From Orbicella franksi (Eukaryota): a DNA stretch of 64,000 bases. A program made the position numbers and the translations under genes. Every line of letters starts with the position of its first letter. Within the stretch, counting starts at the first letter, position 1. Of the stretch, positions 10,101-23,151 are shown piece by piece. Location of the stretch: positions 36,828,001 to 36,892,000 of the forward strand of contig OZ116698.1 of assembly GCA_964199315.1 (NCBI GenBank), written 5' to 3'. Below the pieces are notes generated by a model that saw nothing but the letters and a program-made list of their open reading frames with translations, searched no databases and had not been told where the DNA came from.

Positions 10101-13100
10101 ACTCCTCTTGGTAGCCCACTATGTCTAAACCCCTGTATTTATGCCCAATATTCCTCTACCTCTTCTAGTTAGCTTCTGGGAGTAGAAACAAAAGAACCTG
10201 CCTCTTTTGTCCCCAAAGAGCTGTCCATTTCCTGTGTAGTGCTAAACAGTGTCTTGACCATGCATCTCCCTTTTTTCTAGTAATTCATGTCAAGTGGAAT
10301 CACTTCTGTATCATTGACTTCTATCTTCTCTCTAACATGTACATGTAAAATCTATGTGAAAACATTGTGTTGATCAGCTGTTGTTTTGTGCTTTTTGTAG
10401 GACCAGATATGCAGCCATGTTCACCCAGATGTCAGTCTGCAAGTTTACATGTATTATGGAGCAGAGCGATTGAGAGATGTGAAATTTCTTAGACAACAGG
10501 ACATTGTACTGACAACATATCCTACACTGACTAATGACTACAGCAGGGTGAGTATTGACACTGTACATGTATGTCCTCTGCTGTTCTGTTGTCTGTCAGC
10601 ACTCAGGTGATGCTCAAGTGTCATAAAAGCACCTGTCATAAAATCCACTGTACATAGTCTCATAACATATTTTAACTTGGATTTCAATTTTACTATTGTA
10701 AATAGCTATAGGTTTTTTTTTTTTTTTTTTTTTTTGGTAGTATTTTCTTCTAATTTAACTCGTTTTTGTTACGTCCCCGTATTAGTAGGGGAGTTTTTCC
10801 CCAGCTAGGTGGTTGATGACATTCTTAATAAAGTTTCTATCTATCTATCTATCAGTAGAGATCTTTGTGAGCATGGAATACATGTAAGTTGTTTACAGAC
10901 TTGTATGTCCTATTCAACCTGTTCACGCAGTTTTATTTACTTGACTGTAAGATGTGGTTTACCAATAATTATACATGTACTTAATCAGAAACATGGTGTA
11001 AAACAGTGACTGTTATTTGATCACAAGCTTGTTTCTCTAGTAAACTGACCTGTGGCCAAGTTATCGGAGATTGCTGCCTGTTGATGTCAGTTTGCAATTT
11101 TCTGTTTGTTTTTCCAGTTTTGTGTTTGGAGATGTGAAGAACTATTGAAGATGTAAAAGTTTTCTTCCTAAGTAAATTTGTTGTTATATTTCTGCTTTCT
11201 TGGTCAAAATAATTCCCTAGGAACTCAGAACGTTAAATTGCTCAGTCAACTTAAGTGTCCATTGCTGAGTGGGTTTTTGATAACAACTTCAGGGATACAT
11301 GTTGGAAGGAAAACGATCGTGGACAGTAATAAATTTGCCCGTGCTTATCATGACTTGAGCCTATGTGTGAGCCTGTGTTCATCAAGTTTTCCTAGTATTG
11401 TATTGTATTGTCAGTCATTAATGATTATTATTACAAACTACGTTAATCACTGTACATTGCAGAATGACTCTCCACTTCACAAGATTAAATGGCTGCGCAT
11501 TATCCTAGATGAGGGTCACACTATAAGAAACCCACAGACTCGTCTGACCAAAGCTATGATTGATCTAGCAGCAGAGCGTCGATGGGTCCTGACAGGGACA
11601 CCAATACAAAACAGGCTGGATGACCTGTGGTCCGTGTGCAAATTTCTTCGCATAGAACCATTTGATGACAAGGGCTGGTGGAATTCTGCACTGGCCTCAA
11701 GTGTGAGAAGAGGAGATGAACAAGGCGTCAAGTAGGCTGCTTAACTTTAAGCATAGAATACTTAAAGAAGCTTAGTCTAGTTTGAGTTATTTTGGCCATG
11801 TACACAATTACCTTTGAATTGAGGGAAACCTGGAAATAAAAGTTTACTAAGATATAAGACATAAAAAGAAAACGCCAAAGAGATAATAATTAACCATAAA
11901 GGAAGAAGGATGGCTAAGGATGGTGAAGATTAACACGGACTACAAACGACGAACTGGAAAAATTTAGGCTTAACTTTTCAAAATGCGCAAACCTTTAACT
12001 GTAACGCACATGTAGACCCATTAAATTTCAGTCTGAATTTCAGTGAGTAGCCAGAGGAGACATCTGGCTAGTTTTAATAGCTTTTTTAATACACATAAAC
12101 TGTGCTTGCCAAAGTTGTGAACTGTGTCCCAATTGAGATGAACCTGCAGCCAAGAGCACTGACAATAATTTATTTCTTTTGTAGCGCAGCAAATCAGTGT
12201 ACTGAATAAAGAAAACAAGCTTTTCTCGCTTATTGAAAACCATTTTGATTAACATAGTACAAGGTACCACCCACCGTAGAAATTTGAAAACAGCATTCTC
12301 ACTCTGAAAATGTATCAAAATGTTTTCCGTCCACACTACGCCGGAGAAATATCACCGGTCATTTTGGATATATGAAACGAAAAGCCGGCGTTTCAAAATT
12401 CCTTCGGTTTGAAGACCCTTTACGAAACGAAACTTACAAAACTTTAGAAATATTAAAAGCTGTGTCTTTAAATTTCTCACTTGCAATGATAATTTTTTCT
12501 AACAAAACACCGTCAATCTCGCTTACGATTTGGACGTTGAATTTTTTGGATGCCCATTTCAGGCCGTGATTTAATTTTTGGTATAATACCAATTATCCAG
12601 ACTTTCATTCTGGTGAATTGAGTAAAATACTTTCGAGAGACTTGTCCTTCAAAGTAAAAGAATTGAAACGAATTGAAATGATCTACACCTTTGATTGCAG
12701 TCGTTTACAAAAACTTCTCAAGCACATTTCAATCAGAAGACTCAAGACAGATCAGGACGAGGGAAAACCACTTGTAAAGCTGCCGCCTCGTACAGTGGTC
12801 ATTCAAGAGGTTGAGTTGTCTGACGAGGAGCGGAAATTATACGATGCCATGCAGAACCATGGCCAACTGATCATACGAAGGTAATTTCATACATGTAGTT
12901 TGGCTTTCCTTTAGAAAAGACGATGGCAGATAGGAGTCTGAAATAGAACTGGACGGCGTTTAAAGACATTCAAACGCACGTTTATTATGATTGTCTAGAC
13001 GTGATTGTATGTTCACTAACTAATTATCCTAATCTAAAAAATATTCAATCTACACAAACCCCTATTGACCCTTTAAACTGGACCAGCGGCAAATTTCCCC

Positions 13101-15914
13101 TGACAGTATCAATGGATAAAGCAAGAGAGAAGGTAGTGAGAATCAGGGACATCATCACCAAATAGAAATTTCTATGATCTTTAACAAATTCTCGTAGCTA
13201 GTACCATAAGAAAATGTATGGATATCAGTGGGGTGAGTTTGTATCATGATCCACCTCCCATTTCCTTGCGGGTGTGCGCTTTCCAGCGGTTCAGCTGTGG
13301 TCATTAAAACAAAATGCACGTACAGCTGTACACTGTTAATGAAATAAGTGCAGCAGGGCTTCGTTTGCCATCTCTGCATTTCTTATTTCAGATATCTTCA
13401 AGATGGAACAGTCCTAGCGAAGTACGCGCACTGTTTTGTCATTTTAATGCGTCTCCGCCAGTTGTGTTTACATCCCCAGCTCTGCGCTAAAGAATGCGAA
13501 TCACTACAACATGCACAGAATCTTTTACAAGGTAACTAGGGTAGGCACGGGCCTAACACTGTACAGATGACACTTCACAGTGTTTGGTTAGTCTATAGAT
13601 GTATCCCCTTGATAATCCTCTTTTTATGCTCTTTTTACCAACGCTACGGTTATATTTTACCGGAAAAGACCTGAAAATTTTGAAATCAGTCTTCCCATCA
13701 TTTGTTCTCCTGCTGCTCGTTTTGTGGCTGAGATTGAACAGATCTAGGGCTAGGGTATTGAATATACTGTGAATAAGCAATGGTCTACCTTTGGCCAAAA
13801 ACATATGCTCGGATATTTTTCCGCGGTCATCGGAGAGCGAAGCATTCGAGGAAACTAGCAAACTTCGAGGGACAAATAATGTCCAAAGACAAATGTCGGA
13901 GCATCTTTTCACGCCAATGGGGTGTTACTGCGTGTATTATTCTTCAAACATTTTTAGATAAGGTCGCTCTTTTGGGGAAACCTCTTCTAAGTCGGTCAAT
14001 GTTAAAATGGTTCTGGGCGCGTGAAAACATTTTGCTAGTTTGCTTGAAATGTTTAGTAAGTTACTCAATCTTGTGACGTATTTGGACCAGTCAAACGCGA
14101 GAAAATATATCTGATGTGTGAATGTGATACTTCAGGGCTAGATGATTCAGATGACGACGATCTCGATGTGGACCACGACACTAACCGACTCATCAAAGAC
14201 CTACTCATGACGTTATCTTCGGGAAGTGACGAAGAATGTTCGGTGTGCCTCGACTCCCTGGTCGAGCCGGTCATCACGCGCTGTGCACATGTCTTTTGCC
14301 AGCAGTGCATTATGGATGTTATGACGTCAGATAACCTTGCTCCTCGCTGCCCGCTCTGCCGTGCGCCGCTAAATGAGAACGAGTTGATTAAAGTTCCCGA
14401 GAAGAAGAAACAGAAACCAGAAGCCAAGAAAACTAACGAGGAACCTGGAGAGTCTGAGAAAAGTTCCAAGGTTTGAGTTTTTTGGAGAGAAGTACTTTTT
14501 TAGAAACCACAAGTAATGTAAGATTTCACATATTTCTGAGGCAGTATATAATTCTCACTATTTAGCAGAAGGGCTTTTTAATAGGAGATCTTTTCTGTTA
14601 ATTAACCGGTCATCTTCTTACAGCAACAGGATAAACATTTTGTCCTGGATTCTGGTTTTACAGCTGTTACTTGAAATTTCTCGGCACCTGGTTGTTTGGG
14701 GCTTTTTAAATATTATTTCCGTATAGTTGTTATTATTGAGCGAAAACAATTTTAAAAAAGTATTTTACAATTTAAGTCACAGTGTTTCTCGTTCTCCGTA
14801 ACTTCTACTCGTGTTTTTAATTAACAATTAGATTATGAGCTCGAGATTTCTCTCATGTGATAGATGACGAGGGCACAGCCCGAGTCAACTATCACGCATA
14901 GAAATTGAGAGCGAAAAATCTAATTGTTTTAGTATAAATCTACTAGTCGTTCAAAACTTTATCTAAATCCTCTTCACAAACACTTCGAAAACGCCAAGAA
15001 GCGGCCCTCAAATTGTTAACAAGGGCACACGTTTTTTTTCCATTTCTTAACTATTACATACTTTAAATTCATGCCAGATTATCAACAATGTATATATTAT
15101 AATAGTGCGCTTGTCACCTTCCATTTCAGCTGGATGCATTGATAGGGGCCTTATGTGCCATCCGAGATAAGGACCCGTCCACAAAGAGCCTTGTAGTGTC
15201 CCAATTCACTTCATTCTTGGATGTTATCGAGAAAGCGCTCAAGAAAGAAGATTTATCCTTTGTCAGGCTGGATGGAAGAATGACCCAAGAAGCGAGGGCC
15301 CGAGCCATAGAGAACTTTTCCAACCCTAGTTCCAGTTCTCCTAGAGTCTTCTTGTTGTCGCTGACAGCTGGGGGAGTGGGTTTGAATCTAACGGCTGCTA
15401 CGCGAGTTTTTCTTATGGACCCGGTATGTTAAGTGAAACGCTGACTGTAAGCTGTTATACCAAGCAAAGGTTTAACTTATAACTTTATAACTTTGATTTT
15501 GTTTGTCACTGCTGTAGGCCTGGAATCCGGCCATTGAGGAGCAGTGTTTCGATCGCAGTCATCGCTTGGGTCAAACACAAGAAGTGATTATCACAAAGGT
15601 TGGTATATTGCATGTTCCTTCTCCCTCGCAAATACTTCAAGTCAGGTTTTAAGTAGCTCGTTTGGTTCAGTCAGAATCCAGTCTGCAAGATTCACCTGAG
15701 CCCTCGTTTTAAACGTCAGTGTCGTGACCATCATTGCGTGACGGAGTGCTTTGTCTTTCAGTACATTGTGATGAATTCCGTGGAAGAGCGCATGCTCAGC
15801 TTGCAGGAACAGAAGCGGACGCTGATGGGCCAGGCCTTCGGTTTACAAACACAGAGTCAGGAAGAACGGAGGCGAGCTCGAGTGCGGGATATCAAGCATC
15901 TGATTGGCCTGTGA
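4136..15914 (+). CDS. HLTF: HLTF/RAD5-like SNF2-family helicase with embedded C3HC4 RING and an atypical N-terminus; 14 coding exons, about 1375 aa
   Basis: Exons: 4136-5827, 6401-6475, 6987-7265, 8075-8250, 8916-8987, 9141-9375, 10401-10547, 11463-11731, 12701-12880, 13392-13531, 14136-14470, 15130-15423, 15518-15598, 15762-15914. All GT-AG, phases compatible, total 4128 nt. Motifs: GGILADDMGLGKT (Walker A), TLIVCPLSVLSNW, LDEGH (Walker B), LTGTPIQN, RING CSVC...CAHVFCQQC...CPLC, SQFT, RLDG, LSLTAGGVGLNL, WNPAIEEQCFDRSHRLGQ. The segment LDQLFDGL...WMITREN...FW matches my recollection of vertebrate HLTF. Confidence 0.93.
7575..7765 (-). mobile_element. Degenerate tRNA-derived SINE (same family as 29378-29603)
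   Basis: Shares ggaggtagaccagtt, agctagtggtcagagtaggatttgaacct and tccagcatcctaacca with the better-preserved copy. Confidence 0.55.
7765..7995. repeat. Interspersed repeat with cttgccc/gggcaag motifs; second partial copy at about 9450-9640
   Basis: Direct similarity between 7770-7960 and 9460-9630 (cttgccctgg(c/g)caagtcttagtttact...gagaatgaaaa). Confidence 0.7.
11763..12005 (-). mobile_element. TTAA-flanked MITE (Kolobok-like), degenerate copy
   Basis: Body matches the copies at 26037-26290, 27474-27690, 35963-36203 and 45568-45793. Confidence 0.7.
14826..14935. repeat. Palindromic MITE (aattagattat...atctaattg); second copy at about 55400-55510
   Basis: Near-identical hairpin element seen twice in the window. 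Confidence 0.75.
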
Positions 15915-16284
15915 ACGTAAGATACGGCAAATTATCGTCTTGTGATTGGGCATGAGAAAATCTATAGATTGCAATGTGTCTCGGCGACGTAAGGAACTGC
16001 TGAACAAGAACTGATTTTTGATGAGGAGATCAATGGTTTTAATGCTGTAGGTGAAGAACTTTTATTTCAATTCAAGCATTGTCGCTGGGAATTCCCGAGC
16101 CTTATAAAACTTCTGTGTTCAGTTCTTATCCCTGTTTACGTTGGTAAAGGTGCCTTAGACCAGAAATATTACAGCTTAGAAGGTTTTGTACAAGATTCAA
16201 GCGCTTGTACTACTTTGACTGACAAAGAAGACTGATTGTTTTGTTAGGCATAACTAAAATGAATACTCCAAAATAACGTTGTCC

Positions 16285-16410
16285 AGGCCCCAGTTGTTTC
16301 GACTGATAAATCACCATCCAGTAGATAACTCTTAACAAAACAAACCACTTTCCACTGGATAGTGATTTTTAGCGGATAGCGTTATCCGCCTTTCGAACAA
16401 CCCTGGCCAG
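16285..16410. mobile_element. Short MITE (ggccccagttgtt ... aacaaccctggcc)
   Basis: Inverted termini with internal ggatagcgttatcc palindromes. Confidence 0.6.
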
Positions 16411-17809
16411 GGAGGTTACCAAGACAACAGTATGTGTCTTAATGTAATTGATTGAATAGCGAGACATCCTTGATCATACAGTTAGTTTCTACTGTTTTTT
16501 CGAATGACCTATGTTGAAGTATATGTTTGTCTGATAGCTACAAATAATACCGGAAGTTATTTAATTCATGGATGCAAGTAATTGCTGCCATTTTTTGAGT
16601 ATTGCACGCTTAGACCGTTCCTGTTCAGTGTTTACCATAAATTTTACAGAAAGTCTAGTCTTTAGCAATACATAGATATATATTTTTGACATTGACAGCA
16701 TTTGCAAAAGGGGAACCTGAAGTATTTTATAGTGATTTAAAGCCAGAACGTTATCCCCGAACGCTGGTAATGAGCGTCAAATAAATATTTGTTTGAAGAG
16801 TATACCACAACGCCTTCAAAAGGAGTCTCCGTGCTCTGAGTTACAAGACTGACCGGAAAGCGGGAATAAACTTATTGAAACACCTGTAAGAATATTCACT
16901 GGACAAAAAGAGACTAAATACTTTTTTTTTTCGTAAGGTGCTTAAAGCTAATTATGTAAAACTTAAGAACAACAATTGATGAAAAACTTTTGGGCTAATC
17001 CTTACTAAACCTAAGTACAACACGTCACCTCCCCCCCCCCCCCCCCCCTCCCTCACTACCTAATAGAGATCAAAATTCATCCCTGTTCCATGTACTTTTT
17101 CCAAAAGTAAACATCGAGCATTGAACGGGCCCATTTATGCCTTCATCATGAACATTTTCGTGAAATTTTTAGATTGAAGCAGGACAAGATCGTAATTTTT
17201 TCTTTCATTTTTTAGCCTGCGCCCCTCTTTCGTATTCCTGTCCTCCTTTTTCCCGCGGGATATGGGGGTACGATCATCATACGGATGTAGGCGCGACTGC
17301 AGATAGAAAGCGAAGAATCACAGAGGAACTGTGAGATTATCTGCAAAACAAGTAACGCCAGGATTATCTGGAGTCCGGAATAATCGTCTTGGTTCAACTT
17401 CTCGCGCTAAAACTGAATAGTCAGCATGTCCGTAACGCATTCTGTAGAAAGCGTGACCGATGCGAACGAGTATCCCTTGAGGGAAATGAAACACAACAAG
17501 TTTTACCTTGCAATTCCTGCCTACATGTATGTCTCCGCGAATAACTCGATTTTAACGGTTCGCCCTGTGCAACTGACGATCCGATGAAGTTAAGAGATTA
17601 GAGGAAGTATTATCTGATTTCAGTTTAGAGGAATCTTCATTCTATGAAAAATTAACTTTACCGGAAGCGGAGTGTCGATGTCACGCAATTTTCGAAGACA
17701 AAGTCCCTTGTTCATTATTGTTCGCGTTGCCGTCGACGGTGCTCTTCTTCGATAGTTTTCGAGTCTGATTATTTCCCAAGCAATCTAAGACTACAGACGT
17801 TGCAGTGGC

Positions 17810-20800
17810 ATGGCTTCGCTCCTGATATTTTTATTAACTTGCATTTTGTGTCGGGGAATAACAGCAAATTTTAAAGGACCTGACAGATCATACATTCCTA
17901 AATCGGATCTTAAAGGACAAACGGCCCGGTCAGACATGGACAAGGATAAAGCGAATCTCAGGTTAGTGACATAACGCTATTTTTTACGTTTTAACAGTAC
18001 CTGGTAAAAGATGAATGAGTTTAAACACACCAAAAGCTTTCCCCTGCATTTGATGACATTTTGGCGGGATGAATTTTTGTAGCTTGTTTCTGTGAGTAAA
18101 AAATTTTACGTGTTAAGGTTTACCAGCAGAGCACGTTGTTTTTATTTGATACAATATCATTTACTTTCGATCAATGGACTTAATTTATATCTTCTCGTTT
18201 TGACACAAAGCTACAAAGATTTTAAGGTGTTACTGTTAACCGGAAATTCTTTGCCGTCATTGTGACATCCTCTGTTGCCTTCGAAAGGCAAGCGTTGCGT
18301 GACATTCATGAGCTTTTCTCTTTTTTCGGTCGTCACGCAATATTTCTTCCAACTGAAAGCTGCTAAAGCGAAATAATTATAGCAACTCTTAATGGCGAGA
18401 AGAAACAAAAATAACGATCACCACTAGAGTGAGAGAGAATGCGAAAAAGCTTAAGGACATGGGGTACTCAACATAGTTTTAAGTCTTTTACAAGGGGATG
18501 CTCATACCTTGGGTGGAGTGTCCCATGTGAAAAGGTCGGGGAAGCTCGTCGTCTCGTGTCTGGTCTTCTCGCGTATAAATCAAGGATTCTGATCCCACTT
18601 AGGGTGTTGATGACGAAACGCCACTATTTTTTGCTGTCAAAGTATCTTTTAGGGTGGATTTGAAAAAATAATAAAAGAAACGTTCTTATTTCCGTTTTTA
18701 GGCCTGATTTCCGCCGGTTTCTTGACTCCGGTGTACAAGCTCCTTTCTTGAACATTTGTATCTTTTAGGGGTCAAGTTAAGTTCCAGCCACGCCCGGATT
18801 GGTCTCCTTTAGAGGTTTAATTCAATTTTTCTGACGGGCACCCCCGACCTTTCCATATGGGAGTAACCCCTCGGGGCTCATACCCATATCATTATACGCG
18901 TTTTTTTGTTTGGCCCTATCATTTCCTAGCTTCATACAACGAAGGCGGTTGGTTTATGACAATTCAGCAATCCATATTCTAACCTGCGAGCAGGCTCACC
19001 TTTGAGTCACACGCGCGAGCGGCGAGGAGCAAAGCGATTCGGCGGGAAGGAGTCTGGTGTAGAGTCTTGTCTCGCGGCTTTACCGCTTTATTTCGCGCGT
19101 GCTTGTGCTCCAACGTGAGCCCGCTCGCAGGCTATCCATATTCTGTAGCACGGATTTTGTCTAAACTACTCCTTGGGTACCCGAGCTAAGCATTTTTTCT
19201 TTGTTATAGGTTGGTTATTCCATTAATTGATAAAAATGGAGATGGTCAAATATCAGTCGAAGAACTTGCTGCCTGGACAGGCAGGAGTATGAAGAATTTT
19301 TACAAACAAGAGGCCGAGAATCGGCTAAAGACACTGGACACGAATAAAGACGGCAAGGTCTCTTGGGAAGAATATATCAAGGGCGCTGAAAACAGAGGAG
19401 GTCAGTGATAGCGCCCTTTATGTTTGTGTGGGGTCAGGAGGAGGGAGGCTTGGGGGGGGGGTAGGGTGCGTAAAGACTGACTGTACTGTGCTCTAGGAAC
19501 TTTTAAAAATTCTAGGCCTTTATGTACTATGGCAAATACTCCTTTTAGAAACAAGCTTAATGTGTTTTTTATTGCGGATTCAACTGAGCTAGGAATCATT
19601 CTTGAAACATAAATCACGAATACATAAATTGCGAGGATTAAAAATAATAGAACTTTGAAGTTTCTAGCTTGAAGGGTCAATTGTCTCACGATGTTATTTC
19701 GCAGGTTTTACAGAGAAACAAAAAAAGCGCGACAAAAGAAGATTTGATCACGCTAACGCGAAGGAAGACGGTTTACTATCACGTGATGGTTTGATTTCTA
19801 TGTTTCATCCTGAAGAAAATCCAAACATGTTTGAAATCATAGTTGAAGTAAGATTTTGTTGTGTTCTTTGTTCTTTGTAAACCCTGATATATGTATCTTA
19901 TTAACCAACCGTGAAGGCCATACTTTTAGTATATCGAAACGAGGTCCGTACAAAAAAGACCAAACGTTGATATTCTCGCCGTACGTTCCTTGGCAAGCTT
20001 AGTTCAAGAAACTAAAGAACTTAGAATGGTCGCGCGAGATCATTCGGGACAATTCCCGTTCCAATACTCGAGAAATATCGGACCGGCAATGGAGCAATCT
20101 AATTGGTTGATTTAAGTAATTGCCCCTCTGAACTAACTTAGTCGTGTGATAAATAATAGTATAGTCCCTTAACCATAATTAACATGTTTCAGGGCGCTTA
20201 AAAACAATGTGGACTTCCTCACGTCAATGTGCAGATACAACGTTGGTCAAATGTAGCTATTTCAAGCGGTATTTTTTGCGGTTTCTCAGCTCACATTAAT
20301 TTTTGCGGAGTACAACCCTGAAATTTATAAAGATGTACAACGCACGTGCTGATCGCCATTTTGTTTTGAGGCATTTTTGCTGCTTCTTGTATCGCTCGTA
20401 TCTAAGCTCTCCTTGACCACGAGTCAAGAATTAACCGTTGACTGCATGCGAGTTTGAGTTTGTCCTCTGTTACAACGTATATCATTCACGAGACAATGAA
20501 GACTAAGACAGTTGATCCCTCATATAGGCCTTATTCCTAAGGTAATCCGTCTTAAGTTATTTTCAGACGTAATACCCTCTTCTTCTACAGGCGCGTTGCG
20601 TGTGATTAGTTTCGTGGAGAATGAAATTACGCGTGGACTAGCTGTTCACGTGAGTAACATTAGCTTCACAGGATTGGCCATTTCCGAGACTGATAAAGAT
20701 CTAGAAATAACTTAAGAGGGATTTCCTTGGGAATAAAGCCTATATAGGGGATTGACTCTCTTATACCCTTCATCCTCTCCTGACGCACTGTGTAATCTCT

Positions 20801-21904
20801 TTAGGAATTCATGGAATTCGTGGATACCGACAAAGATGGGTTTCTATCATTCGATGAGTACAAAGGTAAACATATCTCGCGGATTTTAATGACCATTTTT
20901 CTAGGGGAGGTGAGCATCGGATATAAGTAGGGACCTCCCAAGGGGGGATAGCATATTTCCTTCATCCACTTAAAATTTCACTTTTTCTCCCTTGTTCCCT
21001 ATAATAAATTCTATTGTTACCTAAAATGTTTTGTCACTAAGTTTCCTTCAAATGTAGAGATATCCCTTGTTCGCTCAAATTAATCCCAAAAATATCACTT
21101 GTTCCCTTGAAATAAATGATCAAGTTCCCTTGCTCCCAAAAACCCTGAGAGGCCCTCAATTAGATGATGCTGACCCGCGTAAATTGCTAACTATTTTTTC
21201 CTGCAGGTAAAACGGTAGATACTGGCAGCACGGACCAACGGACCGCTGAAGAATCTTTCAAAAGGCTTGATCAAGATAGTGATGGAAAACTGAACAAAGT
21301 GAGTATTAAGGACTGCATTTATTCTTGTCTTAAATTCCCTGTGAAATGAAATAAAAATATTTTCTTGAAGGAAACTCAACATTGTAAAGATTAGAAAGAG
21401 TAGCTTTTTCCAGGTTCAGTAGCTTCTTAAAACGTTTCCAAGGTGGCGAGCTAAAATAGGAAACTTCGCTGGAAAAAAAAAGAGAGTGCCGCCATTGTAA
21501 TGAAAGACTGAAGCACTGCAGCCAACTAAACAACCGCTTACAGGGTACATCTACCTTTCATACCAGTTCGTAGTGTCTTATTCTTTTTACATGTCGCTGA
21601 TAATGCGTTTTATTAAAGGAAGAGATGAAACTTTGGTTGGCTGCCGTTAATACTTCCTCTCAAGCAAAGAACCAAGCAAAACGGCAAGTTAGCATGGCCG
21701 ATGATAATAAGGTAAGACTACTGTAATAAAAGTCAAATGAAAATTGGAAAGCTGCTTGCAATTGAAGGTTGTTGGACTGAAAGTTTACCATGTTAATCCA
21801 CACAGGATGGTGTTTTAGGTGAAATGGAAATTCTCAACCACATAGGAGTTTTCACTGGACGCGAAGGGCTTCGGACAGGAGAAGGAGCCAAGGACGAATT
21901 ATGA
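17810..21904 (+). CDS. CREC-family (calumenin/reticulocalbin-like) EF-hand protein 1, secretory-pathway resident, ends KDEL; 276 aa
   Basis: Exons 17810-17961, 19210-19400, 19705-19847, 20805-20865, 21207-21298, 21619-21711, 21806-21904 (831 nt, in frame). Signal peptide MASLLIFLLTCILCRG. EF loops DKNGDGQISVEE, DTNKDGKVSWEE, NAKEDGLLSRDG (degenerate), DTDKDGFLSFDE, DQDSDGKLNKEE, DDNKDGVLGEME. C-terminus GAKDEL*. Confidence 0.92.
18981..19133. mobile_element. MITE with 19-bp TIRs and an 11-bp flanking direct repeat
   Basis: TIRs aacctgcgagcaggctcac / gtgagcccgctcgcaggct; atccatattct at both 18970-18980 and 19134-19144. Confidence 0.8.
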
Positions 21905-23021
21905 AGCTCTGAGTTTCTGTTGGGTTATCGCGTCGCAATGCTGTTGTCACAGAGTGCAGTGGCAGATAAATCGAGAATGATGTTTCAACAGAGAGATACT
22001 TCAGAATGAGCGTGAAGAAGAAGACAAAGGCAACAAACAAACAGACAGTATAACTGCTTTATAGCAGGCAGGTTTTTGTATTCAGTTTGTGACAGCAATA
22101 TTGTTAAACAGCGGCTACGAGGTAAAAACATGACGTGGTGACTAATCTCGTACCCAGATCTCACTCTGTTTGACTCTGGCCGTGGAAGATTTGGGTTCGA
22201 GCTTAGTTAGTGACAGATGCGAGTTGGTTTCTACTGTTTTCTGTTTGTTTATTTGTTTGTTTGTTTGTTTGTTTGTGATATATTTAAAGCAGCTCACTTT
22301 CGTGCCGTTATGGTCCAGTAACATTGTCTCATAAGTTTTACAGTTAATCTAGCAATTGTTTTGCATCTTTTCATTAAACCTATTGATCACGGAAAAACTA
22401 CGGCTCGAAAGTAATGTGAAAGCATTTACAACCAGTATGTTAGAAATTTAAACCAAACTGGCAGAAATCAGTAATACGGAAAAGTGGCTCGTCAATGAAA
22501 AAAAATAGATGATAAGTCTTTTTAGAAGCACTTAAAGACCCCTGTGGTGGAATTTACCTTCTTTGATGTCAGACGCAATATTGAATATCGATGAGTGCTT
22601 CTGTGCAGGGTTAAAATAATACGCTAGACTGGTCATAAACAAAAGAACTTATATTGCAAGGACGGTTGGGTTTACGTTATAAATTTACATTTTCCGTTTA
22701 CGTTATAAGACGCATACAAAGCTCTGTGTGATAGTGACACGTGAGAGAAAAAAACTATTTTTGTTGAAAATTACTGAACATATTTCTTTGTTATTAAATT
22801 TAATTATAGTCTTAAAAAATCATGGAAAGTTTAGACCAGTTTGTGAGTTCGTGACTCAAATATTTGCTGTAAAAAGCAGTTCCTTGTGGTTACATCCTTT
22901 CCCCTCCCGTGTTTACTCAAGGGGTTCTAAATTTGAGCTCTTTTGTTATAAAGGACCATGTTTGACGACATTGCAAATGAGCTCAACGCTAGAATGCGCA
23001 TCGTCCGATATGACTTATAGC

Positions 23022-23061
23022 GACGTGGCGTAACGCGAACGAACGGGAAACGTGGCCCAAT
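23022..23061 (-). promoter_or_regulatory. ER-stress elements upstream of CREC gene 2: ERSE-II (ATTGG-N-CCACG) plus GACGTGG core
   Basis: 23051-23061 reverse complement is ATTGGGCCACG, an exact ERSE-II consensus 90 bp upstream of the ATG. GACGTGGC lies at 23022-23029 and a full TGACGTGG at 22131-22138. Confidence 0.7.
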
Positions 23062-23151
23062 TTTGAATAAATTGGTAAATCGCAGCTATTTGCTAGCTTC
23101 TTTAAGATTGCTAATCCGCTCTCTCGCTGCGAAAAGTCACGTTTAATCAAG

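Noticed and set aside
9650-10330. Pyrimidine-rich intronic block with short ORFs
   Set aside because: No recognisable protein motif or termini. Possibly an old TE, but I cannot support a call.
11178-11462. N-terminal part of the 185-aa ORF
   Set aside because: Intron read-through; the real exon starts at 11463.
17212-17510. CpG-rich minus-strand ORF with a hydrophobic stretch and possible splice sites upstream of CREC gene 1
   Set aside because: TTG start, and no splice combination gave a convincing continuous ORF. At most a divergent non-coding transcript.
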